Assembly: GCA_951406725.2 (NCBI GenBank) | Contig: OX597824.1 | Span: forward strand, 65,348,001 to 65,412,000 | Direction: 5' to 3' | Length of the DNA stretch: 64,000 nt | Origin: Octopus vulgaris | Taxonomy: Eukaryota | Part shown: one piece after another, positions 13,732-27,004 of the stretch | Layout of the letters: each line of letters opens with the position of its first letter | Numbering within the stretch: the stretch's first letter is position 1 | Made by a program: the position numbers and the translations under genes | The notes under the pieces: generated by a model | Seen by the model: the letters and a program-made list of their open reading frames with translations, nothing else | Told to the model about the DNA's origin: nothing | The model's database searches: none

Positions 13732-14424
13732 CTACGGAAAACAGCAGGGGGAGGGATTGGAGTCCCAAGCAAGCTGTGTCATCCAATTATTACTGCTGAT
13801 GTCTGTTGCCAAACAAGAAGCATTATCCCTCCCCATTAATTTTTTTATTAGGAAGTACATTCCCCCATCTCTTTTCCTCTTCCTCCCCCCCACCTCACTC
13901 ACTTTCTCTCTGTCTATATAGCTTTCCTTATCTTTATATTCATTATTTAACATTCTTTTGTCTCTTACACTTTCATCATTGATTCCTTTTATTTTATTTT
14001 CTCTCTTCTTTCTTTCTCTCCCTCTCATTTTCTTGCATTTCTTCTAATTCACTCTCAGCTTTTCTACTCTCCATTGATCCCTTCTTTTCTCTGTTACATT
14101 TCTTACTTTTCCCTTTTTCTCTATTTCTGGGCACATTATCGTTCCTTGTAATGTTTTTGACCCCCCCTCCTCTTTCCACTGCACTCTCATTTCTCTTCAC
14201 TTCCCCTCTCACTTTTTTTTTTTGGAAAAAAGAAAATGAAATTATTACATCAATGAGTCTGAGTTAGATGAAGAGAACCAAAATGAGTCACATTACAAAA
14301 TTAGTCAATCAAGTAGATTGACACTCCTCGCTGATTTCTCAATATTTCAGTGATACACATACTTTTAAAAGAATTTTCAATTTACACACACACATTCAAA
14401 TATACACACACACACACACACACG

Positions 14425-14473
<49 letters not shown>

Positions 14474-14498
14474 TATACATATACAATATACAATATAT

Positions 14499-14598
14499 NN
14501 NNNNNNNNNNNNNNNNNNNNNNNNNNNNNNNNNNNNNNNNNNNNNNNNNNNNNNNNNNNNNNNNNNNNNNNNNNNNNNNNNNNNNNNNNNNNNNNNNN
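14499..14598. other. Assembly gap (100 N)
   Basis: Run of exactly 100 N next to a microsatellite; probably a placeholder of unknown size. Confidence 0.99.
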
Positions 14599-15691
14599 GT
14601 GGTTGTTTTGTGTGTGAGTAACTCCTTTTTAGTATTAGATAGTTGCTAGGAAAGAAATGTTTGAGGAGTAAGGTGGTAGCTTAGAAAAAAAGATTAGTTT
14701 TAGTGTTTGGATTTATGGAAGGGAGGGGTTAATTTTTTAATGATAAAATTATTTTGCAGAGGCAAGTATTTTGGGATGTGTGCATATAGGAGCTGCATAG
14801 GTATGTAGGGAGTTAATGGTGGTTTGGGGAGTGCAAAAATTGTTTGAGGTTTCAGAGTTTGTTTTAAGCCATGCTTCTGTTTGTTTTATTTTTATTGTTT
14901 CTTAATTTTCTTTCCTAATAGTCAGTGATTAATCACTTGCCATTCTAGTGGATGCAACAAAGCTATTTCCTTCAGAACTAATTTCAGAATCTGACATTTA
15001 GTTGATATCATAACTCATGGATGTCAACTGAATGAGATGTAGTTTATAATTGTTACTCTTTTGCTTTCAGTGTTTGATTATTGTCTTGACTTTTAACTAC
15101 TTTTTGACAATCACTGAGAATTTCTAGCTAGTGATCTAGAGAAACATCATTGCATATCGTTAGCAGTCATTTATATAAATTTTCTTTCTGTCGTATATTT
15201 TATGCCTTCCAATTATTCTTTGAGCTGTCAAAGTGAAGGTTTTGCATTTTAAACATGTACACCTACCGTTTATTTACAACAGAATGTCCTTGCTTAACTC
15301 TGATGTTGGAATAATGCATATTGAAATATTACTTAGAAAGGAAAAATAATATGTTTTTTTTGCTTCCAACTAGTTTGAAGGTTTCTCATGAGTGAATAAT
15401 AAAATATTTTGAGTCTCTTAGCTAGAGTCAGGATAATTTGCAGGATATCAAGTTATGATGGTGGCTAAAGAGATTGTGTCAATGGCAATATGCTCTTGAT
15501 ATAAAAATGAGATTTCTTAGTGGATAAAATATTGTTATACATACTTGGATGCCGGGATTTCTAATTATATATATAAATAGTTGTATACATACGTGCATAT
15601 ACATATACATATATGTATGTATACGTTTGTATATGTAAGTATTCGTATGTTGTATGTATATATATGTGCATTTATGTTACTCTCTGCGTAT

Positions 15692-15750
15692 ATTCCACTG
15701 ATGAGGCAAAGCATTTCATAATGCAAAGCCAGAAATCCGGGATCTGGAAT
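15692..15750 (+). ncRNA. Type I hammerhead ribozyme-like motif
   Basis: Stem I attcca/tggaat; CTGATGA 15698-15704; stem II ggc/gcc with inner gcatt/aatgc; one extra A; GAAA 15732-15735; near-palindromic stem III tcc-g-gga; ATC triplet ending 15744. Confidence 0.7.
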
Positions 15751-15999
15751 TATCCAGTAATTTTTTACTTGTTTTATTTTGTCTTCTTGTCTTCTCTCCT
15801 TGTGCTGTATGGGCATTTAATGTGGTTTTAGAGCCAGATCTTGGCTGCTATTTTCAGCATGGTGGTTTCTCTTAGATACCCTAAATTATAATTTTAATAA
15901 TAATTATTACCTTTGAAGGTTTTTATTTTCATGCTGGCCACTTGATAAGATCGTTATTTAATTTAAATTAGCAATCTTGTCCTTATTCATATATATATA

Positions 16000-16030
<31 letters not shown>

Positions 16031-16043
16031 ATATACACACATG

Positions 16044-17233
16044 CTGGGTGTGGACAGTATTTGTTCACATAATGATTGTCTCAGGAAAGAAATGAGACAG
16101 TGTTTTTATTTTTTTAGATATATTTATGAAATTTGGGTCAGTTTGTCTTCATGATGTGTTCTGTTGATCTCACCTAATGAACCTGCCTGTGGCTTCGATG
16201 ACAGCCTCCAGGTGGCCTCGCCACTGACCATAGGCCTTCATCACTATCTCCTGTTTTAGGCCCCTGAAGGCTCTGGTAATCCTGGCCCTTAGCTCATCCT
16301 TTATGTTGCTGTGGCTTTGTTTATCTCTTGTCCCACCACACAAAGAAGTTGAGGGGATTGCAGTTAAGCAAGTTGGTAGATCAAATGTCAGGTGATGTGT
16401 GAGCAAAGAAGTTCTCTGACAGCCAATCCTAAGTCTTCTGGCATGGCGTGGCACAGAGTGATGCTGGCACACATATGGCCTCCTTGCAGCTAATAGGTTG
16501 ATCCAGGGCTTCACCACCTCACTTGGATGTAACTGCCATTGTTCAGCTTGAGGATCTCAGGAAAGAAGTGGGGTATTATGATGTCACCTTCACTACTGAT
16601 GACACCAAAGACCATGATTGTTGCCGGAAATTTCGTCTGCATGACTCTGGGCATGTTCTTGGGTGTGACAGCAAGCCACCTGTTGTTCTGGGAGTCGATC
16701 TTCTGATCTTGGCAGAAAGACTTCTCTTCAGAGAAGAAACACAACATGTCTGGCTCCAGTGGGGGTTTCAGTTTGTTGATTAGCTTCTTGGTGTGTTTGA
16801 GTAACTTTTCTTGCATTGTTTTGGACAGAAATTGTCCCTGCTTCATCTTGTACGAAAAGTAGTGAATGTCCTCTGCACCACCAGTATGATAAGCTTTTCA
16901 TCCACACCTTTCTCTCTTACAATTGTATGCCTTGATTTGCCGGGATCATTGTTGATGGTCTGGATTTGATTGATGAATTCTGGCTTTCTGATGGTGTCAT
17001 ATTATCTATTGATCATGGGTTTCCGTCTCTGCTGTCACCTCATAGTTGAATCCTGAATCTTCCAGTTCCTTTCTGACCTTTTCCACCGTCCTTCTACTGA
17101 CTATTTTTAGTAGTCAATTATCTTGCAAAAAATAAAGCAAAAATGGTTAATGTCTTTAAGAAAAAAAAATCAAAGTAAAAAAAAAAGTGTAAAATAAGCA
17201 GTTGAAAATTGTGAACACATACTGTCCACACCC

Positions 17234-17235
<2 letters not shown>
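16044..17235 (-). mobile_element. Tc1/mariner superfamily transposon, maT (DD37D)-like, full length but decayed
   Basis: 26-bp TIRs (ctgggtgtggacagtatttgttcaca 16044-16069 / tgtgaacacatactgtccacaccctg 17210-17235, 24/26 match). Transposase remnants FFSEEK..NNRWLA..TKFPATIMVFGVISSEG..PHFF and VKPWI..RPYVCQHHSVPRH are split by frameshifts. Confidence 0.9.
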
Positions 17236-17267
<32 letters not shown>

Positions 17268-18376
17268 ACCAAATATCTATGAGCACTGTATAACTATGTC
17301 CGGTGTGTGTGTGTTAGTTTAGAAAGATGAACTCCACCTATTTGAATGTGTCTTAGGCACACCCAAACCATAATTAATGACTTCAAATAATGATTTTATC
17401 ATATTAGATCAGACTTGTTGGTGCAGTTATTTAGTCCTAAGTCAACCCTGATCAAGTAGACCTATAATTCCATCTGTGACTACTTTGGGTTTTTTTTTAA
17501 TGTATCGTACTAAAGACTACATATTCTTTTTGTAGCATGATATTTGAAGGAAACTTAACTGCTATTTTTGTTAGATTGAGTGGCTACATACCAGCTTCTT
17601 TATTGGCTTATGATCAATGTTGTTGCTTAGCACAATGTCAGCTTTGATTGAGTAGATCTATGATCAAAGACATCCTGTGACAATCCTATCTTTTATCCCA
17701 CCCACCCAAGATGATTGGGTGTGATATGTGAGACATTTGGTTGCTATTTCTAATAGGTTGAGTGACCAAATGTATTTCTGGATAATAGTGAAAACACTGA
17801 AGAAAATAATGATCAAAGTGCATATAGAGAAACATTGTGTAGTCACCTGTTGCTGTGTCTCAATAATCTGTAAGTTATGGGAGATAGGGGAATTTAAACT
17901 CAGACAAGATTTAAAAAGCATTATCATTCTGAGGCAGAATATGACAACCTTCTTAGCTTCTATCATGTTGATAGATGGGAATCCTGATGCTAAGAACTGG
18001 TGATGTTGGGAAAAATTTTAGACTCAGTTTTCTTAAATATATATTATATTTTGTAATGGAGTATTTACTGAAACAGCTATACATGCTTCAGACTGAATAC
18101 CTTTCATATTAAAAAAAAGTGAATAAATAAACTGTTGCTAGGTGAAGAGTGGAGGAAGAGCAGGAGAGAGATGGGAGGTGGGACACCTGTAGTGATTGGT
18201 AACTTGGGAGTGAAACAAATGAAAAAGATTGAAGTAAGACAAGTAATGTTAATGTACCTTTAACAGGTTATAATGCTAGTGAACTCAATACACAGCCTTA
18301 ACCAGATCGCCCCTATGTCAATACTAAACTTTAGGTTCATTTATCTTAATTACATTAGCTGGCGGAGACCTGTTAT

Positions 18377-18521
18377 CACTAGCATAGCTAGAGTGTGTGC
18401 TGTCTAGGGTGGCTCTTCCAGTTTCTTCTCCTGGATCCCACAAAAAACACATGTAGTCTACAGCAGATCCAAAAGTGGTGCTGCTGGGGCAGACTCCCCC
18501 CTCTCACTAGCTACGCTAGTG
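18377..18521. mobile_element. hAT-type MITE
   Basis: 15-bp TIR cactagc(a/g)tagctag; 8-bp TSD cctgttat/cctattat. Confidence 0.8.
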
Positions 18522-19356
18522 CCTATTATGTTTATTGTCAGTTTTAGGAGGAATATTTCCAAAATTTTTTTTACTGTAACTGTGATACAAGTTTTAATAG
18601 AGTTGAGGTTCTTACTGCCAATATACCATAGCAATGAATTCTCACTTCAACCAATTCCCGTTTTGTGTTGAAGCTCCTCATATATGAAGGTATCTTGCCA
18701 TATTGTTCTACTCCTTATCATACATAAGAGAATCATAAATCAAAAAAGGAAAGGAGATGAATTATGTGTGAGAAAGAGAGAAGATAATGAATACACTGAA
18801 ATGAAGATAGAAAAAAAAATAGTGAGAGAAAGAAGGGGAAACAATGCTGAAATATGAATGAGACAGAATGAGAGAGAAAATGTATGACAAGGGAGGGGGA
18901 ATGTGAACATTCATGTATTGAAGAAAATGTGAAAGAATAAGGGAGGAACAAAAAATATATATAAAAAAAAGGCGGGATTAGAGATGCATAAATCATAAAG
19001 CAGGTGTATTTTGTTTGTTAGAGAGGTTATTTAGAATGGAAGTGAGTGGAAAAAAATTAAAAAGTAATGTTAAAAAAAGCTGTTACTGTTTAAAGCACTT
19101 CATGTAGGGAGCAGGTGTAAATATGTCAGAAATTCCTCGACAATCCTTGAGTAGTAGCAGTTTGACTTAATATAAAGGAAATATGACTGGAGGAGAAGAG
19201 AGTAGAGGAACACAAAATAAGTGTAGGCATATTGTGTAAAGGAGTTTGCTTTGCAACTAACTACATAGTTCCAGGTTCACTCGCTCTGTGAAATTTTGTG
19301 CAAGTGTTTTCTAAAGGAGCTTCGAGTTGCCAATATTTTAAGATTGAAATTTGTTA

Positions 19357-19732
19357 GGCGCAAGAGTGGCTGTATGATATGTTACTTGCTTACCAACCAC
19401 ATGGTTCCAGGTTCATTCCCACTGCGTAGCACCTCGGGCAAGCCTTGTGAGTGGATTTGGTAGACAGAAACTGAAAGAAGCCCGTCGTATATATGTATAT
19501 ATATGTATGTGTATGTATATGTTTGTGTGTCTGTGTTTGTCCCCCCCCAACATCGCTTGACAACCGATGGTGGTGTGTTTACATCCCGTAACTTAGCAGT
19601 TCGGCTTAAGAGACCGATAGAATAAATACTAGGCTTACAAAGAATAAGTTATGGGGTCGATTTGCTCGACTAAAGGTGGTGCTCCAGCATGGCCACAGTC
19701 AAATGACTGAAACAAGTAAAAGAGTAAAAGAG
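19357..19732 (+). mobile_element. tRNA-derived SINE family A (CORE-like, central (TA/TG)n), small internal deletion
   Basis: A/B-box head, gccttgtgagtggatttggtagac, microsatellite, tail ...gactgaaacaagtaaaagag. Confidence 0.9.
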
Positions 19733-19756
19733 AAGCTGAGTAAAAGATCGCTGTCA

Positions 19757-19787
<31 letters not shown>

Positions 19788-22700
19788 GTTGCATTGTCAC
19801 CCTTTATAACAAAAGTTAATTTCACAATTGCTAATTAGAGATCAATAAAGTAAAATAAATAAGTTGAAATAAGTGCTAGGATCTGTGTGATAATCTAAAA
19901 CCTTTTAAGGTAGTACCTCAGCATACCCACTGTCCAGTGACTGAAACCAGTAAGGGAATAAAAAGGAAAATATTATTTAGAAAATGTGAAATTAGCCAAC
20001 AGAGACATAATGAGAATATCTACTAAATTATAGAGCAAGGAGTTGCAAATCATCTGACAACCTTATGCATTTAAATCTATAAAATTGTTTTGATTAGCCT
20101 CTCATAGTTATTTCACTTATTCATAAGTTGTTTTGTATTTTTGTGGTTGTAATGGTGTTAGGAAGGAAGTTAAAAAAAAAGAGGGACTGAAATATAGATC
20201 ATCATCATCACCTCTACTGCCACCACCACTGCTGCCACTGCCACCATTACCATCATTGGAACAATAATAGCTGCTGCAGCCACACATCTAACAGAAATGT
20301 TAAATACCTTTAATTTTTACTTATTTTTACTTAAGTGCTTTTTGATTGCTGAAGTGAGTCAGCGAAGTTTATTTATTCATTTATTTATTTTGTGAGCCTT
20401 ATTTCCATTTCATATATAGTTAACTTAAGAGATGAAAGAAATTGCATGTGCATGTGTGCTCACACATGAGCCACAAATATACACACTTGCATAAATGCAC
20501 ACACACACACACACTGAGTTAAGGAAATTTGTACATGATCACTTGATGCACTAGAAATAGTAGCTAAATCCCTCAAAATCATACCGTACCAATTTTGAAG
20601 AAAAGGAATGAAACATTAAAACAATGAAATCCCTGTTATACATAAAGATGAGATAGTAGGTCTACTCAATCAGAGCTAACTAGGAGATAAAGAACAATTA
20701 ATATAGTCATGGTCTTTTCATACTTGATACCTTTGACCATATTTCATTACTTGCCTAAAAATAATCATGTGATAACCAAAACAGTAATTTCATTAAAAAA
20801 AATTTAATCAAGTCAATAAACTCATAGTATTTCTTTAGTTAATGTGGTAGATTTGAAGAATAATTACAGTATTGGACAAATTGCCTAAAGTTATGACTCT
20901 TAAATTCTGAGTTCAAACCCTGCTGTGGTCAACTTTGCCTTTCATTCTTCCAGGGTAGGTAAAATACCAATGCATTACTTCAGTCAATTTAGTATTCCTA
21001 TAATATATCCCTACAAATGGAATTATAATAGAACTTTTAAATTATATAAGTTTTTATCTGAATTAAATCCTCCACTTAAGAGTGAGGATCACACATATGG
21101 TATTACACAGTTTTTATTTCACATTCATACTACCTATTCTTATTATTATACAACCTCTTAGCTTCACACTACACATCTGGTATATATCTTAGACTTATAA
21201 TTTCTCTGTCTTCTGTATGCTCAAACAAGTGTGACAGCCTTTATACAGTTGCTTGGCCTTCTTAGAAAAGCAACTAAATTTCCCTCAAATCAAACGTTAT
21301 TGTCTTAAAATAAATAAACATATTGGGTAATATCGTCCTAGACACTGTACTATATCTGAGAAAAGAAAATACGATCAAATGATTGTTTCTGGAAAGCTTT
21401 TGATCTTATGTGACATGCTCAGTGTTTTTTCCTACAATTTTTCTTCTCACATTTCCATTTCTATGTGTGCGTGCACGCGCATATTTTTAAAAAATTATAT
21501 CTCCTTTGGTTTCCTCTGAATTTTCCTAGCTTTCACTATATTGTTATCTCATTTAGTTCTTTCTTTTTTATTACCATTCTGCCCTTGCAGCCTTTCAGTT
21601 ATCCTCTTCACCTGCTATTTTTAACCCTTCACTTTTCTGATTTCACTTTGTAATAGTTACTTTTTCTGTAGCAAATATGTCATTGTAACTCTGACAGAGG
21701 ACCCACCTGTGAGATAGGGTGTGATAGATAAATTTGAAAGTAGACCTGGAGAATTGTGATGCACTAAACAAGCATTTAGTCCAACTGAATATCATCAACT
21801 GCACCAATATTATTTTTCTTAAGTCAAGGCATAAAGTCTTAATGTAGTCACTCAACCTACTAGAAACAGGAGCCAAACTCCCCCAGACCTTACCATACCA
21901 TCTTGGAAAAAGGAAGTGCACACTGAATGATGTGGCGGTACCTAGATGTACTGTTAATGTTTATGAGGAAAATGGGTTGTTCTTGGCTGAAATGCCTTTG
22001 ATCTTAGATCTGCCAGATCAAGGCTGACTTAGGTTCTTAACAGCAACACTATTACTATTGCTGTTATAGGCAAACTCTTAGCCTAATTTTTATGCATTTA
22101 GCACGAATCTATTAAAAAATTATCATTATGGAGAGTTATCAGATAGCTTTTACCTTAGCCAAGCTAACAAAATGAAATAATATTTAAGAAGTCGAGATAT
22201 CTTTAGCTTTACCTTTAATTGGCTTAGAGTCAAGTCAATAGCAGCTGTATTTTTTTGTTAACATTATTCTGTTGTGTCAGTTTAAAATCCAGTCATTTTG
22301 TATATGGTTTCAATGAAATATTTTCATTATTTTTTAAATATCTTATAAAAAGAAAATGTCACCATGTCTTTTTGGCTTTTTTTAAAAAAGTATTTTGTAA
22401 AAATCAAATGATAAAAGTAAAACCTTTTTAACTCTTAGCTATAACAATAAACAAATAGATGAATAAAGGTGATTTTTCTCAGAATTAGGGCAATCCTTTT
22501 GTGTACAGCATCAGACATTCTTGCTACTTTAATCTTCACAACTCAATTTATCATCAAATTTAAACACTGTTCCAAATCCCCAAAGCTGGAGGATTAAGTT
22601 GGATTTACTTCTTAATACATCTTCACTTTTCATATTTGTTTTCCTTCCATTATTTCCTATATGAACTCCCACCTCTAGTGATCTGTACGGCTGCTGAATA

Positions 22701-23196
22701 TTTCATTCTTCTCCCTAACACTTTGAAGTTTATTTTATTTATTTATTTTTCAAAATAAACAGTTTCCTTGCAATAACTTAGAAAAAACTTCTATGTTGTC
22801 TAGTTTCTTGTTTCTTTCCCTGCTGCCTTTAAAACAAATGAATTTTGTAGATTTTACTTTATTGTAACAATGGTATGAAAACATGTTGGAAATGTTACTG
22901 TTATCACTGTTGCCTATTAATCATTTTAAAACTCAAAAGAACCATTTATCACCTTTGTTAACTCCACAGATACAGGAGTATGTAGGCAAATAATTTCAAA
23001 TTAGGATTCAGTGATTCTGTGTAATATTTTTTTTGCTGAAGATAACAACAATGACTGTCTGTTAGTAACCACTAACTTCACCTAAGGGCTTCTAGAAACA
23101 GCCATGACTTTTCTTTCTAAGATACAAATATGGAATATTCATTTAATGCTTATGTTTCCTGCTGGCATGGGTTGGACAGTATATAAATATGCGCGT

Positions 23197-23236
<40 letters not shown>

Positions 23237-23981
23237 TTATATGCAGACATATCATCATCATCATCATTAACATTATCATTATCATTTAGTGTCTATTTTC
23301 CATGCTGGCATAGGTTGGTTGGTCTGACAAAATCCAGAGTGCTGCAGGACTGCATTGAGCTCCAATGTTTGTTTGGCATGGTTTCAGCTAGGTTCTCTCT
23401 CTAATACCAACCACTTTACAGACTGTACTGAGTCCTTTTTTGCATCACCAATGCTGATCAAGTCACCTAATAGCTTGCAATATTAGATTTCATGACTGAG
23501 AAGGAGTGTAGTATTGTGGGAGATGTCTTTAAACCAGATTTTGAGTGTATGATAGAGGGATAGAAATAAGTCTCTTGCTGTAGACTGGATACATGGCTGC
23601 CCCAGCTGGAAAAGGAGAGAAAAAGATGGTGGTGATCAGGGTGTGTGGGTGGTTGAGTTTTGGGTTGGTATGCATGGGTGACTGTTGATCTTCTACAAAC
23701 AACCTTGCCCGGACTTGTACTTTGTAGGGAAACTTTCTAGGTGCAATCCCATGGTCAGATTTTCTAAGGCCCCAAAAAATGTTTGCCTGATTTTAAAGTT
23801 GCACTCTCATTTAACAGTCAAGAAGACATTCATTTGCTTCAAAGTTTCATTAATATCCTTCAGCAGTATCCTGTTTTATCTTTTTATAATATTTGCCAAT
23901 ATTCTCTACAAAAATGTTTTGCTCTGATTTGATGAAATCTAAGGCTAACCATTTTTCTTTCTTTTTATCTTTTTTTTACAG

Positions 23982-24334
23982 ATGGACTGAATGAAGCAAA
24001 AGCTGTTTGTCACCTCTATGTACGTTTAGTGACAGATGAGATTCTGAGGCACAGCATAACAATTCGACTAAACAACATGACATCTGAAGCATTCTTGTCA
24101 CCCCTCTATAACTTCTTCATCAACGCTTTGGCCACTGTTCTTCACACTGACGAGAAAAATATTCTTGTCATCAATGTGCAGGATGACACTGATGTGGCAG
24201 CACAGATCCTCAATGTTAGTGTAACTGTGCATTCTGGAATGGCTGACGGAAATGACATCTACCTTACACCACAGTACTTGCAGGAGCAAATTTACCTTCA
24301 AAGAGCTCTTTTGGGCAATTTGTCAGCACTACAG
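23982..24334 (+). CDS. CELSR: CELSR/Flamingo internal exon: end of last cadherin repeat plus flamingo box (phase 1 to 0, 353 bp)
   Basis: Polypyrimidine tract + tacag acceptor (AG 23980-23981); donor cag|gtgaga. Translation (D)GLNEAKAVCHLYVRLVTDEILRHSITIRLNNMTSEAFLSPLYNFFINALATVL...INVQDDTDVAAQILNVS...LQEQIYLQRALL is colinear with the recalled CELSR motifs NSITVRLENMS..FLSPLL, NVQNDTDV..NILNV and LQEQIYLNRTLL. Confidence 0.96.
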
Positions 24335-24381
24335 GTGAGAGGATAATATTCTTTGTTTATAGTATTGGTTTCAAATTTTTA

Positions 24382-25330
24382 AGGCAGCGAGCTGGCAGAA
24401 TTGTTAGCATACCAGGCAAAATGCTTAGTGGCATTTTGTTCATTTTTACATTCTGAGTTCAAGTTCTGCTGAGGTTGACTTTTGATAGCATGCCAAGCAA
24501 CATGCTTTGCAGCATTTTGTCTGTCTTTACAATCTGAGTTCAAATTCTGCTGAGGTCAACTTTGCCTTTCATCTTTTCATGGTCAATAAAATAAATATCA
24601 GTCAAGGACTAGGATTGATGTAATTGACTTATCTCTCCTGCCAAATTGCTGGCCTTGTGCCAAAATTTGAAATCAATATTGCTTTCAAATTTTGGTACAA
24701 GGCCAGAAATTTCGAAGAAGGGGCCAAGTCAATTAGATCAATCCCAGTCCTCAGCTGGTACTTATTTTATTGATCACAAAATGATGAAAGGCAAAGCAGA
24801 ATTTGAACTCATTATAAAGACAGACAAAATGCTACAAAGCAATTCTGCTAACTTGCTGCCCTTTCTCTGTTTTTAACATTATTTGAATAGATGGAGTGAC
24901 AAAATCATTAGAGTATCAGGCAAAATGGCTTCCAGGTATGGCCCTTTGTGTTCTGAGTTCAAATCCTGTTGAAATAAACTTAGCTATTATCATTCCAAGG
25001 GTTGATGAAATAAAGTATCAGTCAAGAAATAGATCAGTTTGATTGTCTATATTTTCTCCCAGAGTATGTGACCTTGTATTAATGCTAGAAATTGATACTT
25101 AATTAGAAGTTAAAGCAGTAAGCTGGCAAACTCATTAGCACACTGGGCAAAATGCTTAGTTGCATTTTGTCAGTTCTTACCTTCTGAATTCCAATTCTGT
25201 TGAGGTCACCTTTGCCTTTCATTCTTTCATTGTTGATAAAAATAAGTACCAGTCATGCACTGAGGTCAATGTAATTGACTTGCCCTACCCCAGAACTGCT
25301 GGCCTTGTGTCAGAATTTGAACCCAATATT
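24382..25330. mobile_element. Cluster of ~5 SINE family B copies (four +, one - at ~24682-24862)
   Basis: Repeated gctggcag..ttagca..aaatgcttag / ctgagttcaaattc / tttgcctttcat / taagtaccag blocks. Other copies at ~2200-2325, ~20850-20970, ~31125-31250(-), ~32012-32232 and ~41660-41850(-). Confidence 0.85.
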
Positions 25331-25409
25331 TAATTAGAAGTTTACTGCAGTTGATAATAATAATTATTTTCTACTTTATTACAAAATGTCACTAATATTG
25401 TAAGGGAAG

Positions 25410-25447
<38 letters not shown>

Positions 25448-26376
25448 CTGTGTGTATTGACTTTGTATGATAATTGTAAATAAGTGTCATTGTTATAAAA
25501 GTGGTGTCATTCACTTCCAATTTTCTGCAAAAACGTCTGGCCACTGGGAAATATTACTTTGCTTGGAAACAGGTTAGGCTTGGTGAGAGGAAGTGCATCT
25601 GGTCATAGAGAATCTGCCTCTCTGAACCTTGTCTAATCTATGCAAGAATGAAAAAGTGGGTGCTAAATGTCCACTTTGATGATGATATTTAGTCTATTTA
25701 TATTTAATCAAATATACTTAGGTATTATCTTAAGCTGAAATTACAGAGATTGTGACTATTAATTTCATGTTTTACCAGTTTTCAAGCAGTCAGTTTAGAA
25801 AATTAGACAACTGTATTTTTACTAGTTAAATCAACATATCAACTTTTAAAATACTTTTCTATATTTGTTGATTTTTATGGTGAAAAATAAGTTCATCAAA
25901 ATTTGTATCTTGTAGTTGAAATATTGTTCATGTATGTACATTTATTTACACAGACATTATCTGGAGAAGCTTTGAGGATAACAATACTTTAAATGTTCCA
26001 ACTCTTTTTTATTTTGAGATCTTCTGGGTTCACTGCTGTTATGTAGCTATAGAAGATGATTGATGGGCTCAATTTAGAATGGCATTCCAAAGGAATACCA
26101 ATAAGTGCCAGGGCACTGTTTATATATAATAATAAGGTGATGTTGGGTGGACAACATGAGGAGTTTTTGAAGTTTGACCCATAAAACTGATAGAGAGAAG
26201 ACAGAGAATCATTTTTCATTCTTTTGTTTAGATTTGGTTCCATGCTTATTTTTTAAAATTCTGTGTCACATCATTGTTCTTTGAAACTACATTAAAGAGG
26301 GTAAAAAGGGCATTGGCTTTTCTGATGTTGAGAATAAGAGGCTTGAGTGAAGATGGTATTGTTATATTTCTATATA

Positions 26377-26595
26377 GGCGGCGAGCTGGCAGAAATGTTA
26401 GCACGCCGGGCGAAATGCTTAGCGGTATTTCGTTCTGAGTTCAAGTTCCGCCGAGGTCGACTTTGCCTTTCATCCTTTTGAGGTCGATTAAATAAGTACC
26501 AGTTACGCACTGGGGTCGATATAATTTACTTAATCCGTGTGTCTGTCCTTGTTCGTCCTCTCTGTGTTTAGCCCCTTGTGGGTAGTAATGAAATA
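26377..26595 (+). mobile_element. tRNA-derived SINE family B, young copy with TSD
   Basis: ggcggcgagctggcagaa...gagttcaagttccgccgaggtcgactttgcctttcatcc...taagtaccag. 17-bp TSD ggtattgtta(t/c)atttct at 26355-26371 and 26596-26612. Confidence 0.9.
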
Positions 26596-26650
26596 GGTAT
26601 TGTTACATTTCTTTTTCATTAAAGTCACTAGAAGTTTATAAAGTATTGTA

Positions 26651-26860
26651 GAGAAAGAAAATATTTAGAATTTATAAAAGCTTAAGAAAAAAGATTATAA
26701 TATTCAGAGGGTTAGAGTTCTTGTTATATAGGTACATCTTGATGTTTTGATGTAAGAGAAAGAAAATATTTAGAATTTATAAAAGCTTAAGAAAAAAGAT
26801 TATAATATTCAGAGGGTTAGAGTTCTTGTTATATAGGTACATCTTGATGTTTTGATGTAA
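26651..26860. repeat. Perfect 105-bp tandem duplication
   Basis: 26651-26755 is identical to 26756-26860. Confidence 0.95.
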
Positions 26861-27004
26861 TAAATTTGAAATTAATTTAATTATTGTGTATATGTAATTA
26901 AATAGCAATATATTTTTTATTTAAAAAAATTTTATTATGCTAATTAGTTTTTTAAAAGTTAAAGATAGACATCACAATGTCATCCAAAAATATGCTGAAT
27001 TTAA

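Noticed and set aside
1-23981. Upstream cadherin-repeat exons of CELSR
   Set aside because: No cadherin motifs (DxNDN, LDRE) were recognised in any ORF. The upstream exon is probably before the window, though sequence could be hidden in the gap at 14499-14598.
24029-24346. ORF-track start and stop of the 105-aa ORF (likewise 41941, 43250, 55303)
   Set aside because: These are internal exons; splice sites, not start/stop codons, define the real boundaries.
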